This document shows positions 29,767 to 39,383 of a stretch of 64,000 bases of DNA, one piece after another. Every line of letters starts with the position of its first letter. Position 1 is the first letter of the stretch. The notes beneath the pieces are model-generated. The model made no database searches, was not told the DNA's origin, and saw nothing but the letters and a program-made list of their open reading frames with translations. The stretch is from an uncultured Microthrixaceae bacterium (GTDB lineage: Bacteria > Actinomycetota > Acidimicrobiia > Acidimicrobiales > VFJN01), in assembly GCA_963721695.1 (NCBI GenBank), contig CAVRKU010000030.1, forward strand, positions 192,762-256,761, read 5' to 3'. The translations under genes and the position numbers were made by a program.

Positions 29767-30882
29767 TCAGGGCGTCGTCAGCGCCCGTGCGATGGCGGCC
29801 ACCGCTGCCGGGCCGTAGCTCATCGACTCCTCGTAGCCGTCCGTGAACGGCACCGGGAGGTAGCCGTGCCACTCGGGCGCGAGGCCGGCAACGAGCACAT
29901 GCGGGCCGCGGCGCTCGATCTCACGCCCAAGGGCGTGGAAGGCCTCGCCGGGCACCGATACGAGGCGCACCGGACCGATCGCCCACTCGACGAGCTCGAT
30001 CGACAGGTGCCGCCCCGCCTGCCCTGACGTGAGCAGCGTCTCGCCCATGGTCACGTCGAGGGTGCGCACCCGCTCGACCGTGGGGCCGGTGGTCTCGACG
30101 TGCTCTGTGGATGGGAGCGCCGCGTCGATGGCCTCGGCCACGTCGCAGCCGAGCTGGTGGGCCTCCGCGAACCCGTCGCCACGACAGTCGTTGTCCTGGC
30201 GGTGGACGTGGTGCGGGTTGACGTCGCCGAGCGCGCCGGACAGCAGCATCGTGGACCCGCCGGCACGCGCCTGGAGCGCCGTGCGAAACGAGCCGACCCA
30301 GTCGCTCGACACGGCCAGGCACTCCGGCCCGAGCGCCACCGGGTGGATCGCGACGTTGGCGAGCGTCCCCACGCGCGAACCGTCGGGCGCGATGGCATCG
30401 AGGACCGCGAACGTGGGCTCGTACGGCAGGCCGCGCCGGTTGATGGACAGCTCGGCGGGGAGCGGGAACCTCCCGGCGCGGAGCGAGGCGGGAACCGCGG
30501 TGGCCGCGGCCGCTCGCGCGGCAGCGGTGCACTGCTCGACGAGCAGCTCGCGGTAGCCCTCCGGCGTCACCCAGCCGAGCGCCTCGCTGCCCGCGATCGT
30601 GCTCGGACCAGCGTGCGTGTGCACGCACGACGTCAGGACGGCCCCCAGATCGAGGCCGAGGGCGGCTGCGACCGACTCGCGCACGGGCCGGGCGAAGGAG
30701 CGCGACATGCCGAGCAGGTCGCAGACGACCAGGCACACCGCGCCGAGCTGGCCGCGCACGTACATGACGCGCACCTCGAGGTCGTCGTGGACCTCCGTCG
30801 CCGGCTGGTCCTCCGCGAACCCCGCGAGCTGGACGGGCGTGGGCGGCGTGATGACCGCGGAGCCGAAGCCGACGTCGAGCAT
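29767..30882 (-). CDS. neutral/alkaline ceramidase-like N-terminal-domain hydrolase (function uncertain)
   Basis: The 371-aa protein contains AVITPPTPVQLAGF...HDDLEVRVMYV...VVCDLLGMS...TSCVHTHAGPS, which resembles the ceramidase-like fold. Its ATG overlaps the upstream stop (ATGA). Confidence 0.55.
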   Translation of the reverse strand: MLDVGFGSAVITPPTPVQLAGFAEDQPATEVHDDLEVRVMYVRGQLGAVCLVVCDLLGMSRSFARPVRESVAAALGLDLGAVLTSCVHTHAGPSTIAGSEALGWVTPEGYRELLVEQCTAAARAAAATAVPASLRAGRFPLPAELSINRRGLPYEPTFAVLDAIAPDGSRVGTLANVAIHPVALGPECLAVSSDWVGSFRTALQARAGGSTMLLSGALGDVNPHHVHRQDNDCRGDGFAEAHQLGCDVAEAIDAALPSTEHVETTGPTVERVRTLDVTMGETLLTSGQAGRHLSIELVEWAIGPVRLVSVPGEAFHALGREIERRGPHVLVAGLAPEWHGYLPVPFTDGYEESMSYGPAAVAAIARALTTP

Positions 30883-31859
30883 CAGTGGACCTCGGTCAGC
30901 TCAGCGGTGGTCGCCGAGCGGTACGCGGCCTCGACCACGGCAACCGCGGCGCGACCGTCGGCCGCGGTGACCGCGGGTGGGCGCTCGCCGTTCACGGCCG
31001 CCAGGAACTCGTCGAGGGGCGAGCTCGTGGTGGCGGGCAGCTCGACCCGGCTGCGCTCGCCGGAGGCGGTCACCAGGGTCAGCGGCGTGCGGGAGTCGAG
31101 GTGGAGCGTGCCCTCGGTGCCGAACACCGTGAGCTGGTGGTCGGGGCCTGGCCGCGCCGACCAGCTGGCGTGGATCGAGCCGATCGCACCGGCCCGCATG
31201 CGAACAAGGAGCTGCGCATCCGTCTCGACATCGCCCGCCTGGCCGTTCAGGACCGCCGAGACGTGGGTGACGTCGTCACCCGTCACGCTCCGCACGAGAT
31301 CGACAGCGTGCACACCAAGGTCGATCAAGCAGCCGCCGCCCGCCGCGGCGCGCTCGAAGAACCACGTCGCCCGAGGGGCCCACGCCTGCGGACCCGCATG
31401 CCCGAAGGCGACCCGGAAGCCCGTGACATCACCGATGGCCCCCTCGCGCACCTGCTGGGCGGCCGCGGCGAACGGTGCCGCGAACCGCGTGTTCTGGAAG
31501 GGGACGAGGACGCGCTGGGCTCGTTCGGCGGCGGCGATCATGTCGTCGGCATCGGCGACCGTGCACGCCATCGGCTTGTCGACCAGAACGTGCTTGCCCG
31601 CGCTGAGCGCGGCCATCGCGACGGCGGGGTGCTGCGCGTTCGGCGTGGCGATGACGACCGCGTCGACGTCGTCGCGCCCGACGGCGTCCTCCCAGCGAGC
31701 CTCGACCGCTCCCGAGCCCCACGCGGCGCAGGTCGCTTCCGATGACGCGAGCGATCGACTCGCGAACACGGTGACCTCTGCCCCCGCCGATCGCAGCGCC
31801 GGCAGGTGGATGTGGTTGGCAGCGGTGCCGCAGCCGACGACCGCGAACCGAACGGTCAC
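30882..31859 (-). CDS. Gfo/Idh/MocA family NAD(P)-dependent oxidoreductase
   Basis: The N-terminal Rossmann segment is VRFAVVGCGTAANHIHLPAL, followed by HVLVDKPMA. The GTG start overlaps the DegT stop (GTGA). Confidence 0.9.
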   Translation of the reverse strand: MTVRFAVVGCGTAANHIHLPALRSAGAEVTVFASRSLASSEATCAAWGSGAVEARWEDAVGRDDVDAVVIATPNAQHPAVAMAALSAGKHVLVDKPMACTVADADDMIAAAERAQRVLVPFQNTRFAAPFAAAAQQVREGAIGDVTGFRVAFGHAGPQAWAPRATWFFERAAAGGGCLIDLGVHAVDLVRSVTGDDVTHVSAVLNGQAGDVETDAQLLVRMRAGAIGSIHASWSARPGPDHQLTVFGTEGTLHLDSRTPLTLVTASGERSRVELPATTSSPLDEFLAAVNGERPPAVTAADGRAAVAVVEAAYRSATTAELTEVH

Positions 31860-33058
31860 GAGAGGTGCTGCTCGGCCAGCTTGCGGACGGCTGAACCCAC
31901 GTGCTCGCAGTCGGCCTCCGAGTACGTGACGCCGACCGGCACGATGAGCGACCGGCCGACGAGCGCTTCGGTCTGCGGGCACAGGCCAGGTCCGTACTCG
32001 CGATCGGTGGGGTAGTGGCCGGCAGCCGTCCGGCGCGCCAGCACGGCCGGGTTCAGGTAGACGGGCCGCCCCCGGTACATCTGCGCGGCGGGCACTCCCT
32101 CGTCTCGAAGCAGCGCCGCGAACCGCTTGGCGGTGGTGGCGTCGCGCAGGAACCACGTGATGCTCGAGCCGCCGTCGCCGTCGGGATCGGGGAGGCGGCG
32201 TCGCACCAGGCCGGGCACCGCGCCGATGGTGTCGAGGATCCGTGCCTTGTTCGACCGCATCCGCTGGAGGATCTCGGGGAGACGCTGCAGCTGCACGCCC
32301 GCCACGGCACCGGCGAGCTCGCCCATGCGCAGGTTCTCGCCCGCGAACGGCTCGGTGAGCTCGTCGCCCCGCTCGCTCATGTAGCTGGTGACGAACTGCC
32401 CGCCCTGGTCGCTGTAGCGCGTCGCGCGCAGGTAGAGGTGTTCGTCGTCGGTGACGACGAACCCGCCTTCGCCAGCGGTGATGTTCTTGTCCTGCTGGAG
32501 CGAGTACGCGCCCAGAGCACCGAACGTGCCGAGCGGTCTTCCGTGGTACGTCGCGCCGAACGCCTGGGCCGTGTCCTCGATCACTGCGATGTCGTGGCGG
32601 CCGGCGATCGGCAACAGGGCGTCGAGGTCGGCCGCGACGTTCTCCAGGTGCACGACGATGACCGCCGCGGTGCGCTCGTTGATGTGCCGTTCGAGGTCGG
32701 CCGGGTCGAGCCCCAGCGTGTCGTCGACCTCGGCGAACACGGGTACGGCCCCCGCGGCGACCACGGCGTTCACCGTCGCGATGAAGGTGAAGGCGGGGAC
32801 GATGACCTCGTCGCCATGCCCCACACCGAGGGCCGCGAGAGCACAGCGCAACGCGGCGGTGCCGTTGGCCACCCCGACGCCGAAGGTCGAGCCGAGCACG
32901 CGGCACGCGGCGCGCTCAAAGGCGGCGACGGCGCCGGTTTCGTGGCCGCCCTGGTAGCGGAAGAGCGAGCGGCTCGCCACGACTGCCGCGACCGCGTCGG
33001 CTTCCTCCCGGCCGAGGAGCGCGGCGCCCTTCGAGAAGTCGAGCGGCACAGCCGGCAT
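31856..33058 (-). CDS. DegT/DnrJ/EryC1/StrS family PLP-dependent aminotransferase
   Basis: The sequence reads VANGTAALRCAL...EVIVPAFTFIATVNAV...SLQQDKNITAGEGGFV (PLP lysine context). The protein is about 400 aa. Confidence 0.9.
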   Translation of the reverse strand: MPAVPLDFSKGAALLGREEADAVAAVVASRSLFRYQGGHETGAVAAFERAACRVLGSTFGVGVANGTAALRCALAALGVGHGDEVIVPAFTFIATVNAVVAAGAVPVFAEVDDTLGLDPADLERHINERTAAVIVVHLENVAADLDALLPIAGRHDIAVIEDTAQAFGATYHGRPLGTFGALGAYSLQQDKNITAGEGGFVVTDDEHLYLRATRYSDQGGQFVTSYMSERGDELTEPFAGENLRMGELAGAVAGVQLQRLPEILQRMRSNKARILDTIGAVPGLVRRRLPDPDGDGGSSITWFLRDATTAKRFAALLRDEGVPAAQMYRGRPVYLNPAVLARRTAAGHYPTDREYGPGLCPQTEALVGRSLIVPVGVTYSEADCEHVGSAVRKLAEQHLS

Positions 33059-33081
33059 CGTATGGCACGGGTACCCGGGCT

Positions 33082-33693
33082 GTGACGACTGCCACACGCG
33101 CAGCACGTATGCAGCAAGCGCAAGCGGGTAGCAAGCGGGCCCCCAACCCCCCGTGGAGTGAACCCGTGCCCGAAGACACCCCTGACACCAGCGGCGGTGT
33201 GCTCGACAAGCTGGCCGGCAAGGCCAAGCAGGTCGTCGGCAACATCGTCGGCAACGAGACCCTCGCCGAAGAGGGATCGCTGCAGGAGCGCAAGGCCGCC
33301 ACCGCCCAGGACGCCACGCGCCTCGCCGCCGAAGCCGAGCAGGCCGAGCGTGAGGCCGACCTCGCGGCGGAGCAAGAGCAGAACCGGCTCGATCAGGCCC
33401 GTGTCGAGGCCGAGCTCGCCGAGCAGACCCGCGCCGACCAGATCGAGCGCGAGGAGGCGGCCGAGCGCGCGGCGGTCGCCGCCGAGGCCGCCCGCAAGGA
33501 GGCCGCCGCCGCCCAACAGGAGCAGGCGGAGCAGGCCCGCCTCGACCGCAAGCAGGCGGAGGTCGTCGCCGACCGGATCGACGGGACCCAGGAGGCGGCG
33601 CAGATCGAGCAGGACGCCCGCCGCGCCGAGGCCACCGCCGAGGCGCTCGACGCCGCCCAGCACGATCTCGACCAGCAGACGAACAGAGGATGA
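33082..33693 (+). CDS. CsbD-like stress-protein domain fused to a long Ala/Glu/Gln-rich coiled coil; start uncertain (33082, 33109 or GTG 33166)
   Basis: The CsbD-like N-terminus is GVLDKLAGKAKQVVGNIVGNETLAEEGSLQ. A highly charged helical repeat region follows. Confidence 0.6.
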   Translation: MTTATRAARMQQAQAGSKRAPNPPWSEPVPEDTPDTSGGVLDKLAGKAKQVVGNIVGNETLAEEGSLQERKAATAQDATRLAAEAEQAEREADLAAEQEQNRLDQARVEAELAEQTRADQIEREEAAERAAVAAEAARKEAAAAQQEQAEQARLDRKQAEVVADRIDGTQEAAQIEQDARRAEATAEALDAAQHDLDQQTNRG

Positions 33694-34316
33694 CCATGGA
33701 CATCGCCAAGCTCCGACGTGACACCCTCGCCCTGTGGCTGCAGGGCCTCCGCCTCCCCCTTACGGCGGTCGAAGCCATCCTGAGACCGGGTGAGGACACG
33801 GCCAGCTGGCCGCCCGCCATCGCCTTCGAGAAGGTCGAGGCCGCGGTCAAGGAGGCGGTGGGCAACGTTGTGCGTGATGACACGCTCGTCGCCATGGCCC
33901 GCCTCCAGCGCGCCGAGGTGTCGAAGCGGGAGGAGGCTCTCACCAAGCGAGCCGACGCCGAGGCCACGCGCGCCGAGGCTCGCGGCACCGCCGAGGCCAA
34001 GGCGGCGGACGTCGAGCGTCAGCGCGAGCAGACCGAGCAGGCCGCCGACGAGCGCGGCCAGCGCATCGACGAGGAGCGCCTCAAGGCCGAGCAGCAGGTG
34101 GCCCAGAAGGCCGCCCGCAAGAGGGCCGCCACCCGCAAGCAGGCGGCTGCCCGCAAGGCGGCCGTCGAGAAGGCCGCCACCAAGGCCGAGTCCGATCGCC
34201 TCCGCAAGGAGGCCGCCACGCTCCGCGCCAAGAAGCGGGCCGTGGCCGCGCAGGGCGAGGTGCGCAAGCTCGACCGCAAGGTCCAGGCCAAGAAGGCGGT
34301 CCGCCGAGCGGGCTGA
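33690..34316 (+). CDS. hypothetical charged coiled-coil protein (Ala/Lys/Arg/Glu-rich)
   Basis: Its ATG overlaps the upstream stop (ATGA). The composition is consistent with a helical, basic C-terminal half. I recognise no family. Confidence 0.5.
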   Translation: MTMDIAKLRRDTLALWLQGLRLPLTAVEAILRPGEDTASWPPAIAFEKVEAAVKEAVGNVVRDDTLVAMARLQRAEVSKREEALTKRADAEATRAEARGTAEAKAADVERQREQTEQAADERGQRIDEERLKAEQQVAQKAARKRAATRKQAAARKAAVEKAATKAESDRLRKEAATLRAKKRAVAAQGEVRKLDRKVQAKKAVRRAG

Positions 34317-34395
34317 TGCCGACTGCACTGCCTCGGCTGGCGGCCCGCGTGTGTCGGGGTACCGTTGGGTCCCGCCAGCCCGAGGAGGACTCGAC

Positions 34396-35235
34396 ATGGC
34401 CAGCACCATCCGGGCCGCGCTGGTCCAGACGACCTGGACGGGCGACAAGGAGACGATGATCAAGGCCCACGAGGAGTACGCCCGCGAGGCGGCCTCCCAA
34501 GGGGCGAAGGTCATCTGCTTCCAGGAGCTCTTCTACGGCCCCTACTTCTGCCAGGTGCAGGAGGCGGAGTACTACGAGTACGCCGAGTCGATCCCCGGCC
34601 CCACCACCGAGCGGTTCCAGGCGCTGGCCGCCGAGCTCGAGATGGTGTTCGTCCTGCCGATGTACGAGCAGGAGCAGCCGGGGATGCTCTACAACACCGC
34701 CGCGGTCGTCGACGCCGACGGGTCCTACCTCGGCAAGTACCGCAAGCACCACATCCCGCAGGTGAAGGGCTTCTGGGAGAAGTTCTACTTCCGGCCCGGA
34801 AACCTCGGGTTCCCCGTGTTCGACACCGCCGTGGGCAAGGTCGGGGTGTACATCTGCTACGACCGGCACTTCCCGGAGGGGTGGCGGGCGCTCGGCCTCA
34901 ACGGGGCCGAGATCGTGTTCAACCCGTCGGCGACGCACCGCGGCCTGTCGTCGTACCTGTGGAAGCTCGAGCAGCCCGCCTCGGCGGTCGCCAACGAGTA
35001 CTTCGTCGGCGCCATCAACCGGGTCGGGATCGAGGACCTGGGCGACAACGACTTCTACGGCACGTCCTACTTCGTCGACCCTGAGGGCAAGTTCGTCGGC
35101 GAGCCCGCCGATGCCCACGAGCCGGAGCTCGTCGTGCGCGACCTCGACATGGACCTGCTCGCCGAGGTGCGCAACCGCTGGGCCTTCTACCGCGACCGGC
35201 GGCCCGAGGAGTACGGGCGCCTCACCGAGCAGTAG
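34396..35235 (+). CDS. nitrilase-superfamily N-carbamoyl amidohydrolase (beta-ureidopropionase-like)
   Basis: GAGGAGGA lies upstream of the ATG. Motifs are ICFQELF, YRKHHIP, and VYICYDRHFPEGWR (catalytic Cys context). Confidence 0.85.
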   Translation: MASTIRAALVQTTWTGDKETMIKAHEEYAREAASQGAKVICFQELFYGPYFCQVQEAEYYEYAESIPGPTTERFQALAAELEMVFVLPMYEQEQPGMLYNTAAVVDADGSYLGKYRKHHIPQVKGFWEKFYFRPGNLGFPVFDTAVGKVGVYICYDRHFPEGWRALGLNGAEIVFNPSATHRGLSSYLWKLEQPASAVANEYFVGAINRVGIEDLGDNDFYGTSYFVDPEGKFVGEPADAHEPELVVRDLDMDLLAEVRNRWAFYRDRRPEEYGRLTEQ

Positions 35236-35246
35236 GGGAGACCGCC

Positions 35247-36663
35247 ATGGCACGCACGCTCATCACCGGCGGCAAGGTCGTGAACCCCACGGGTGCGATC
35301 ACCGCCGACGTCCTCGTGGACGGCGAGGTCATCGCCGCGCTCTACGCGCCCGGGGTGGCCGCCGCCACCGGCGTCACGGCCGATCGCACCATCGACGCCA
35401 CGGGCAAGTACGTGGTGCCGGGTGGGATCGACCCGCACGTGCACATGAACCTGCCGTTCGGCGGCACGTTCTCGTCCGACGACTTCGAGACCGGGACCGC
35501 GGCAGCGGCGTGGGGCGGCACCACCACCGTCATCGACTTCGGCCTGCAGACCACCGGTGCGATCGTCCAGGACCAGCTCGCGGCCCGCCACGAGGAGGCG
35601 GCCGGGGTGTGTGCCATCGACTACGGGTTCCACATGATCCTCGGCGATGTCACCGATGAGGCCCTCAAGGCCATGGACGAGCTCGTCCACAACGAGGGCG
35701 TCACGAGCTTCAAGCTCTTCATGGCCTACCCGGGCGTCTTCTACAGCGACGACGCCCAGATCCTGCGAGCCATGCAGAGCGCGTCGAACAACGGCGCCAC
35801 GATCATGATGCACGCCGAGAACGGCATCGCCATCGACGTGCTGGCTGCGCAGGCCGTGGAGCGCGGCGAGACCGATCCCGTGCACCACGGCATCGTCCGT
35901 CGTTCAGCCCTCGAGGGTGAGGCCACCCACCGGGCGATCGTGCTCGCCGACGTCGCGGGCAACGTCCCGCTCTACATCGTGCACCTCTCCGCGTCCGAGG
36001 CGCTCGAACAGGTGGCGGCGGCCCGCAACCTCGGTCGCAACGTGTTCGCCGAGACCTGCCCGCAGTACCTGTACCTCACGCTCGAGGACCAGCTCGGCGC
36101 GCCTGGCTTCGAGGGCGCCAAGTGGGTGTGCTCGCCGCCGCTCCGCACCAAGCACGAACACCATCACGCCGACCTCTGGAACGGGCTTGCGCACGAACGA
36201 CCTCGCGGTCGTGTCCACCGACCACTGCCCCTTCTGCTTCAAGGACCAGAAGGAGCTCGGCGTCGACGACTTCCGGGCCATCCCCAACGGCATGGCCGGG
36301 GTCGAGCACCGGATGGACCTCATCTACCAGGGCGTCGTCGACGGCAAGCTGTCCCTCGAGCGGTGGGTCGAGACGTGCTCGACCACGCCGGCGCGGATGT
36401 TCGGCCTGTACCCGCGCAAGGGGATCGTCGCCCCCGGCTCGGACGCCGATCTCGTCGTGTACGACCCGGGCCGCCGCCAGACGATCTCGCACGCGACGGC
36501 GCACATGAACGTCGACCACTCGTCGTGGGAGGGCTTCGAGATCGAGGGTGGCGTCGACGTCGTCCTCTCCCGGGGCTCGTTCGTCATCGATGCCGGCACG
36601 TTCACGGGCCGGGCCGGCCACGGCCAGTTCCTGAAGCGAGCGACGAACGGCTACCTGCAGTGA
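35247..36663 (+). pseudogene. dihydropyrimidinase / D-hydantoinase, one frame break near 36185
   Basis: Motifs are GGIDPHVHMNLPFGG, SFKLFMAY and IMMHAEN. After ...HHADLWNGL the text continues in the next frame as TNDLAVVSTDHCPF...GVEHRM... to the stop at 36663. The break is net +1. Confidence 0.85.
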
Positions 36664-36673
36664 GCCGCCGCTG

Positions 36674-37696
36674 ATGGACATCGGCGTCGTCCTCCAGACC
36701 AACCCGCCCGCGGCGGGCGTCGTCGAGCTGGCCCGCCGGGCCGAGCTCCTCGGCTTCACCCATGCCTGGACGTTCGACTCGCACCTGCTCTGGGAGGAGC
36801 CGTTCGTCATCTACAGCCGCATCCTCGCCGAGACGCGCAAGATCGTCGTCGGACCGATGGTGACGAACCCGTCGACCCGCGACTGGACCGTCACCGCCTC
36901 GTTGTTCGCCACCCTCAACGAGATGTACGGCAACCGCACGATCTGCGGCATCGGTCGGGGTGACTCCGCCGTCCGGGTCACGAACGGTGCCCCAGCCACC
37001 CTGGCCACGCTCCGCGAGGCCGTCCACGTCATCCGCGAGCTCGGCAACGGTCGTGAGGTGGAGTACAAGGGCTCGACCTTGCGCTTCCCGTGGGCCGGCG
37101 GCAGCGCCCTCGACGTGTGGATCGCCGCGTACGGCCCCAAGGCGCTGGCGCTCACGGGTGAGGTCGGCGACGGCTTCATCCTCCAGCTCGCCGACCCCGA
37201 CATCACGGCGTGGACGGTGAAGGCGGTGCGGGACGCGGCGGCGGCCGCAGGGCGCGACCCCGACGCGATCACGATCTGCGTGGCGGCGCCGGCCTACGTG
37301 TCCGACGATGTCGCGCACGCTCGCGACCAGTGCCGCTGGTTCGGCGGCATGGTGGGCAACCACGTCGCCGACCTGGTCGCTCGCTACGGCGACGACGTCA
37401 CCCAGGCGGTGCCAGCGGCCCTCACCTCCTACATCGAGGGCCGGCACGGCTACGACTACAACGAGCACGGCCGAGCGGGGAACACCCACACCGACTTCGT
37501 CCCCGACGACGTGATCGACCGGTTCTGCATCGTCGGCCCGATCGACGCCCACGTGGCGCGGTTGCGAGAGCTGCAGGCGCTCGGCGTCGACCAGTTCGCC
37601 GTCTACCTCCAGCACGACGCCAAGGAGGCGACCCTCGCGGCGTACGGGGAGCACGTGATCCCGGCGATGCGCGAACAGGTCATCGCCAAGCGCTGA
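36674..37696 (+). CDS. luciferase-like monooxygenase (LLM) class flavin/F420-dependent oxidoreductase
   Basis: The 340-aa protein contains LGFTHAWTFDSHLLW and GIGRGDSAVR, consistent with a TIM-barrel LLM signature. It starts 11 nt after the dihydropyrimidinase stop. Confidence 0.8.
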   Translation: MDIGVVLQTNPPAAGVVELARRAELLGFTHAWTFDSHLLWEEPFVIYSRILAETRKIVVGPMVTNPSTRDWTVTASLFATLNEMYGNRTICGIGRGDSAVRVTNGAPATLATLREAVHVIRELGNGREVEYKGSTLRFPWAGGSALDVWIAAYGPKALALTGEVGDGFILQLADPDITAWTVKAVRDAAAAAGRDPDAITICVAAPAYVSDDVAHARDQCRWFGGMVGNHVADLVARYGDDVTQAVPAALTSYIEGRHGYDYNEHGRAGNTHTDFVPDDVIDRFCIVGPIDAHVARLRELQALGVDQFAVYLQHDAKEATLAAYGEHVIPAMREQVIAKR

Positions 37697-37714
37697 ACGG
37701 TGCGGCCGCGTCCG

Positions 37715-39308
37715 TCAGGCGGCGCGGCGTCGGGCGCGCAGCACCACGTCGTCGACGTGGTGCGAGGCGGACGCCGCCCCCGGTGGCCGCGATCGCCGCT
37801 CGTGCACCTCGATGTCCCACTGCGTCGAGTCGGCGAGCACCGCGGCGACGTCGGCGACCCGCACGTAGGCATCTGGGTCGAAGGGGCGGCTTTGCTCGTG
37901 CGTGTCGAGCGCCGCTCGCATCGGCTCGAGGTCGTGGCCGACCACGAGGAGCGTGCCCCCGGGGGCTACAGCGTCGAGCAGGTTGCGGACGCCGCGGCCG
38001 TCGGGAGTGCGGGGGATCGACGCGTACGACGCCGACACGAGCTCGAACGCCCCGCGCTCGAACGCGTGGAGCGCGTTGGCGTCGGCGTGGTGGCACTCGA
38101 TCCGCAGCCCGCGTCGCTGGGCCTCGGCGGCGACGCGGTCCAGTGCACGCTGCGAGATGTCGCTCGCGGTCACGGTCCATCCCTGTTCGGCCAGCCAGAC
38201 CGCGTCGCCGCCCTCACCGGAGCCCACGTCGAGGGCGTGGCCCGCAGGCATGCCGTCGATCTCCTTCACGAGCGTGCCGTTCGGGTTGCCGCTCCACATC
38301 TGGTCGCCTCCGTAGCGGTGGTCCCAGTCGGTCTCGTTGGCCGACGGTCGCGCGGCGCGCTCGATGTCCTCGTGGGCGAGGCTGAAGCTGATCATGCCGC
38401 CGACCCGGCTGCCGTCGGCGGCCGCCTGCAGCACCTGCTGCGTCGGGTCGGCCACGTTGCCGGCGGCGTACAGGCCAGGGCAGGACGTCGCCCCCGTGGC
38501 GTCTGTCTCGACGAAGTCCCCGAGTCCGGTCGGGTGCTCCGCCGGCTCGAGGCCGAGCGTTGCGAACGGCTCGGCGCGCACCTTGAACCGGGGACCGATC
38601 ACGACCGCGTCGGCATCGATGCGGTCGCCGTCGGTCAGCTCGACCGCGGCGACGTGCCCGTCATCGCCCGTGACGATCCGTCGGACGCGCCCGTCGACGA
38701 CGATCACCCCCGCGGCCCGCAGTGCATCGAGCTCAGGGTCGTCGGCATCGACGCCCGTCGTGGAGCACCAACGTGCACCGGGCACTCAGCTGGCGGAACA
38801 ACCCGGCGCGGCGGAGGTCCATGGGGTGGGTGACGATCTGGACGATGCGCTGGTCACGGACCTCGAAGCCGTGGCAGAACGGGCAGTGGATGACGTCGCC
38901 GCCCCAGTGCTCGGCCAGGCCGTCGATGTCGGGGAGCTCGTCGACCAGCCCGGTGGCGGCGAGCACACGGCGCGCGAACACGGTGTGGCCGCCGGTGAGG
39001 TCGACGCGGAAGCGGTCGTCGTCGGTGCGGGTCACGTCGACGACACGTCCGGTGACCACCTCACCGCCATAGCTGCGGACCTCCTCGCGACCGATCGCGG
39101 CCAGGTCCGACGGCGGTAGTCCCTCGTGACCCAGGTAGCTGTGCATGTGGGCGGCCGGGGCGTTCCGCGGCTCGCCCGCGTCGACGACGATCACCGAGCG
39201 GCGCTGGCGCCCCAGCTGGAGGGCGGCGGCGAGACCGGCGGCCGACCCGCCGACGACGGCGACGTCAGCGTGCCGCTCCACGATGGGTGCGTGCTGTTGG
39301 TGGCTCAT
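37715..39308 (-). pseudogene. thioredoxin-reductase-like FAD/NAD(P) oxidoreductase fused to a class I SAM methyltransferase, one frame break near 38760
   Basis: The N-terminal part reads DVAVVGGSAAGLAAAL...HCPFCHGFE. The C-terminal part reads PGLYAAGNV, then ALDVGSGEGGDAVWLAEQGWTVTASD (SAM-binding motif). Confidence 0.8.
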
Positions 39309-39336
39309 GGTCCGACGATAGGGTCGACCGTGGCGA

Positions 39337-39364
39337 CTGCAAGGTCTCTTGCGGGATCTGCAAG
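39337..39364. promoter_or_regulatory. candidate operator in the divergent intergenic region: CTGCAAG-gtct-CTTGC-gggat-CTGCAAG
   Basis: I read the inverted and direct repeats of GCAAG/CTTGC directly. They lie between the divergent starts at 39308 and 39384. Confidence 0.35.
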
Positions 39365-39383
39365 AGGACGTCGGAGGCAACGC

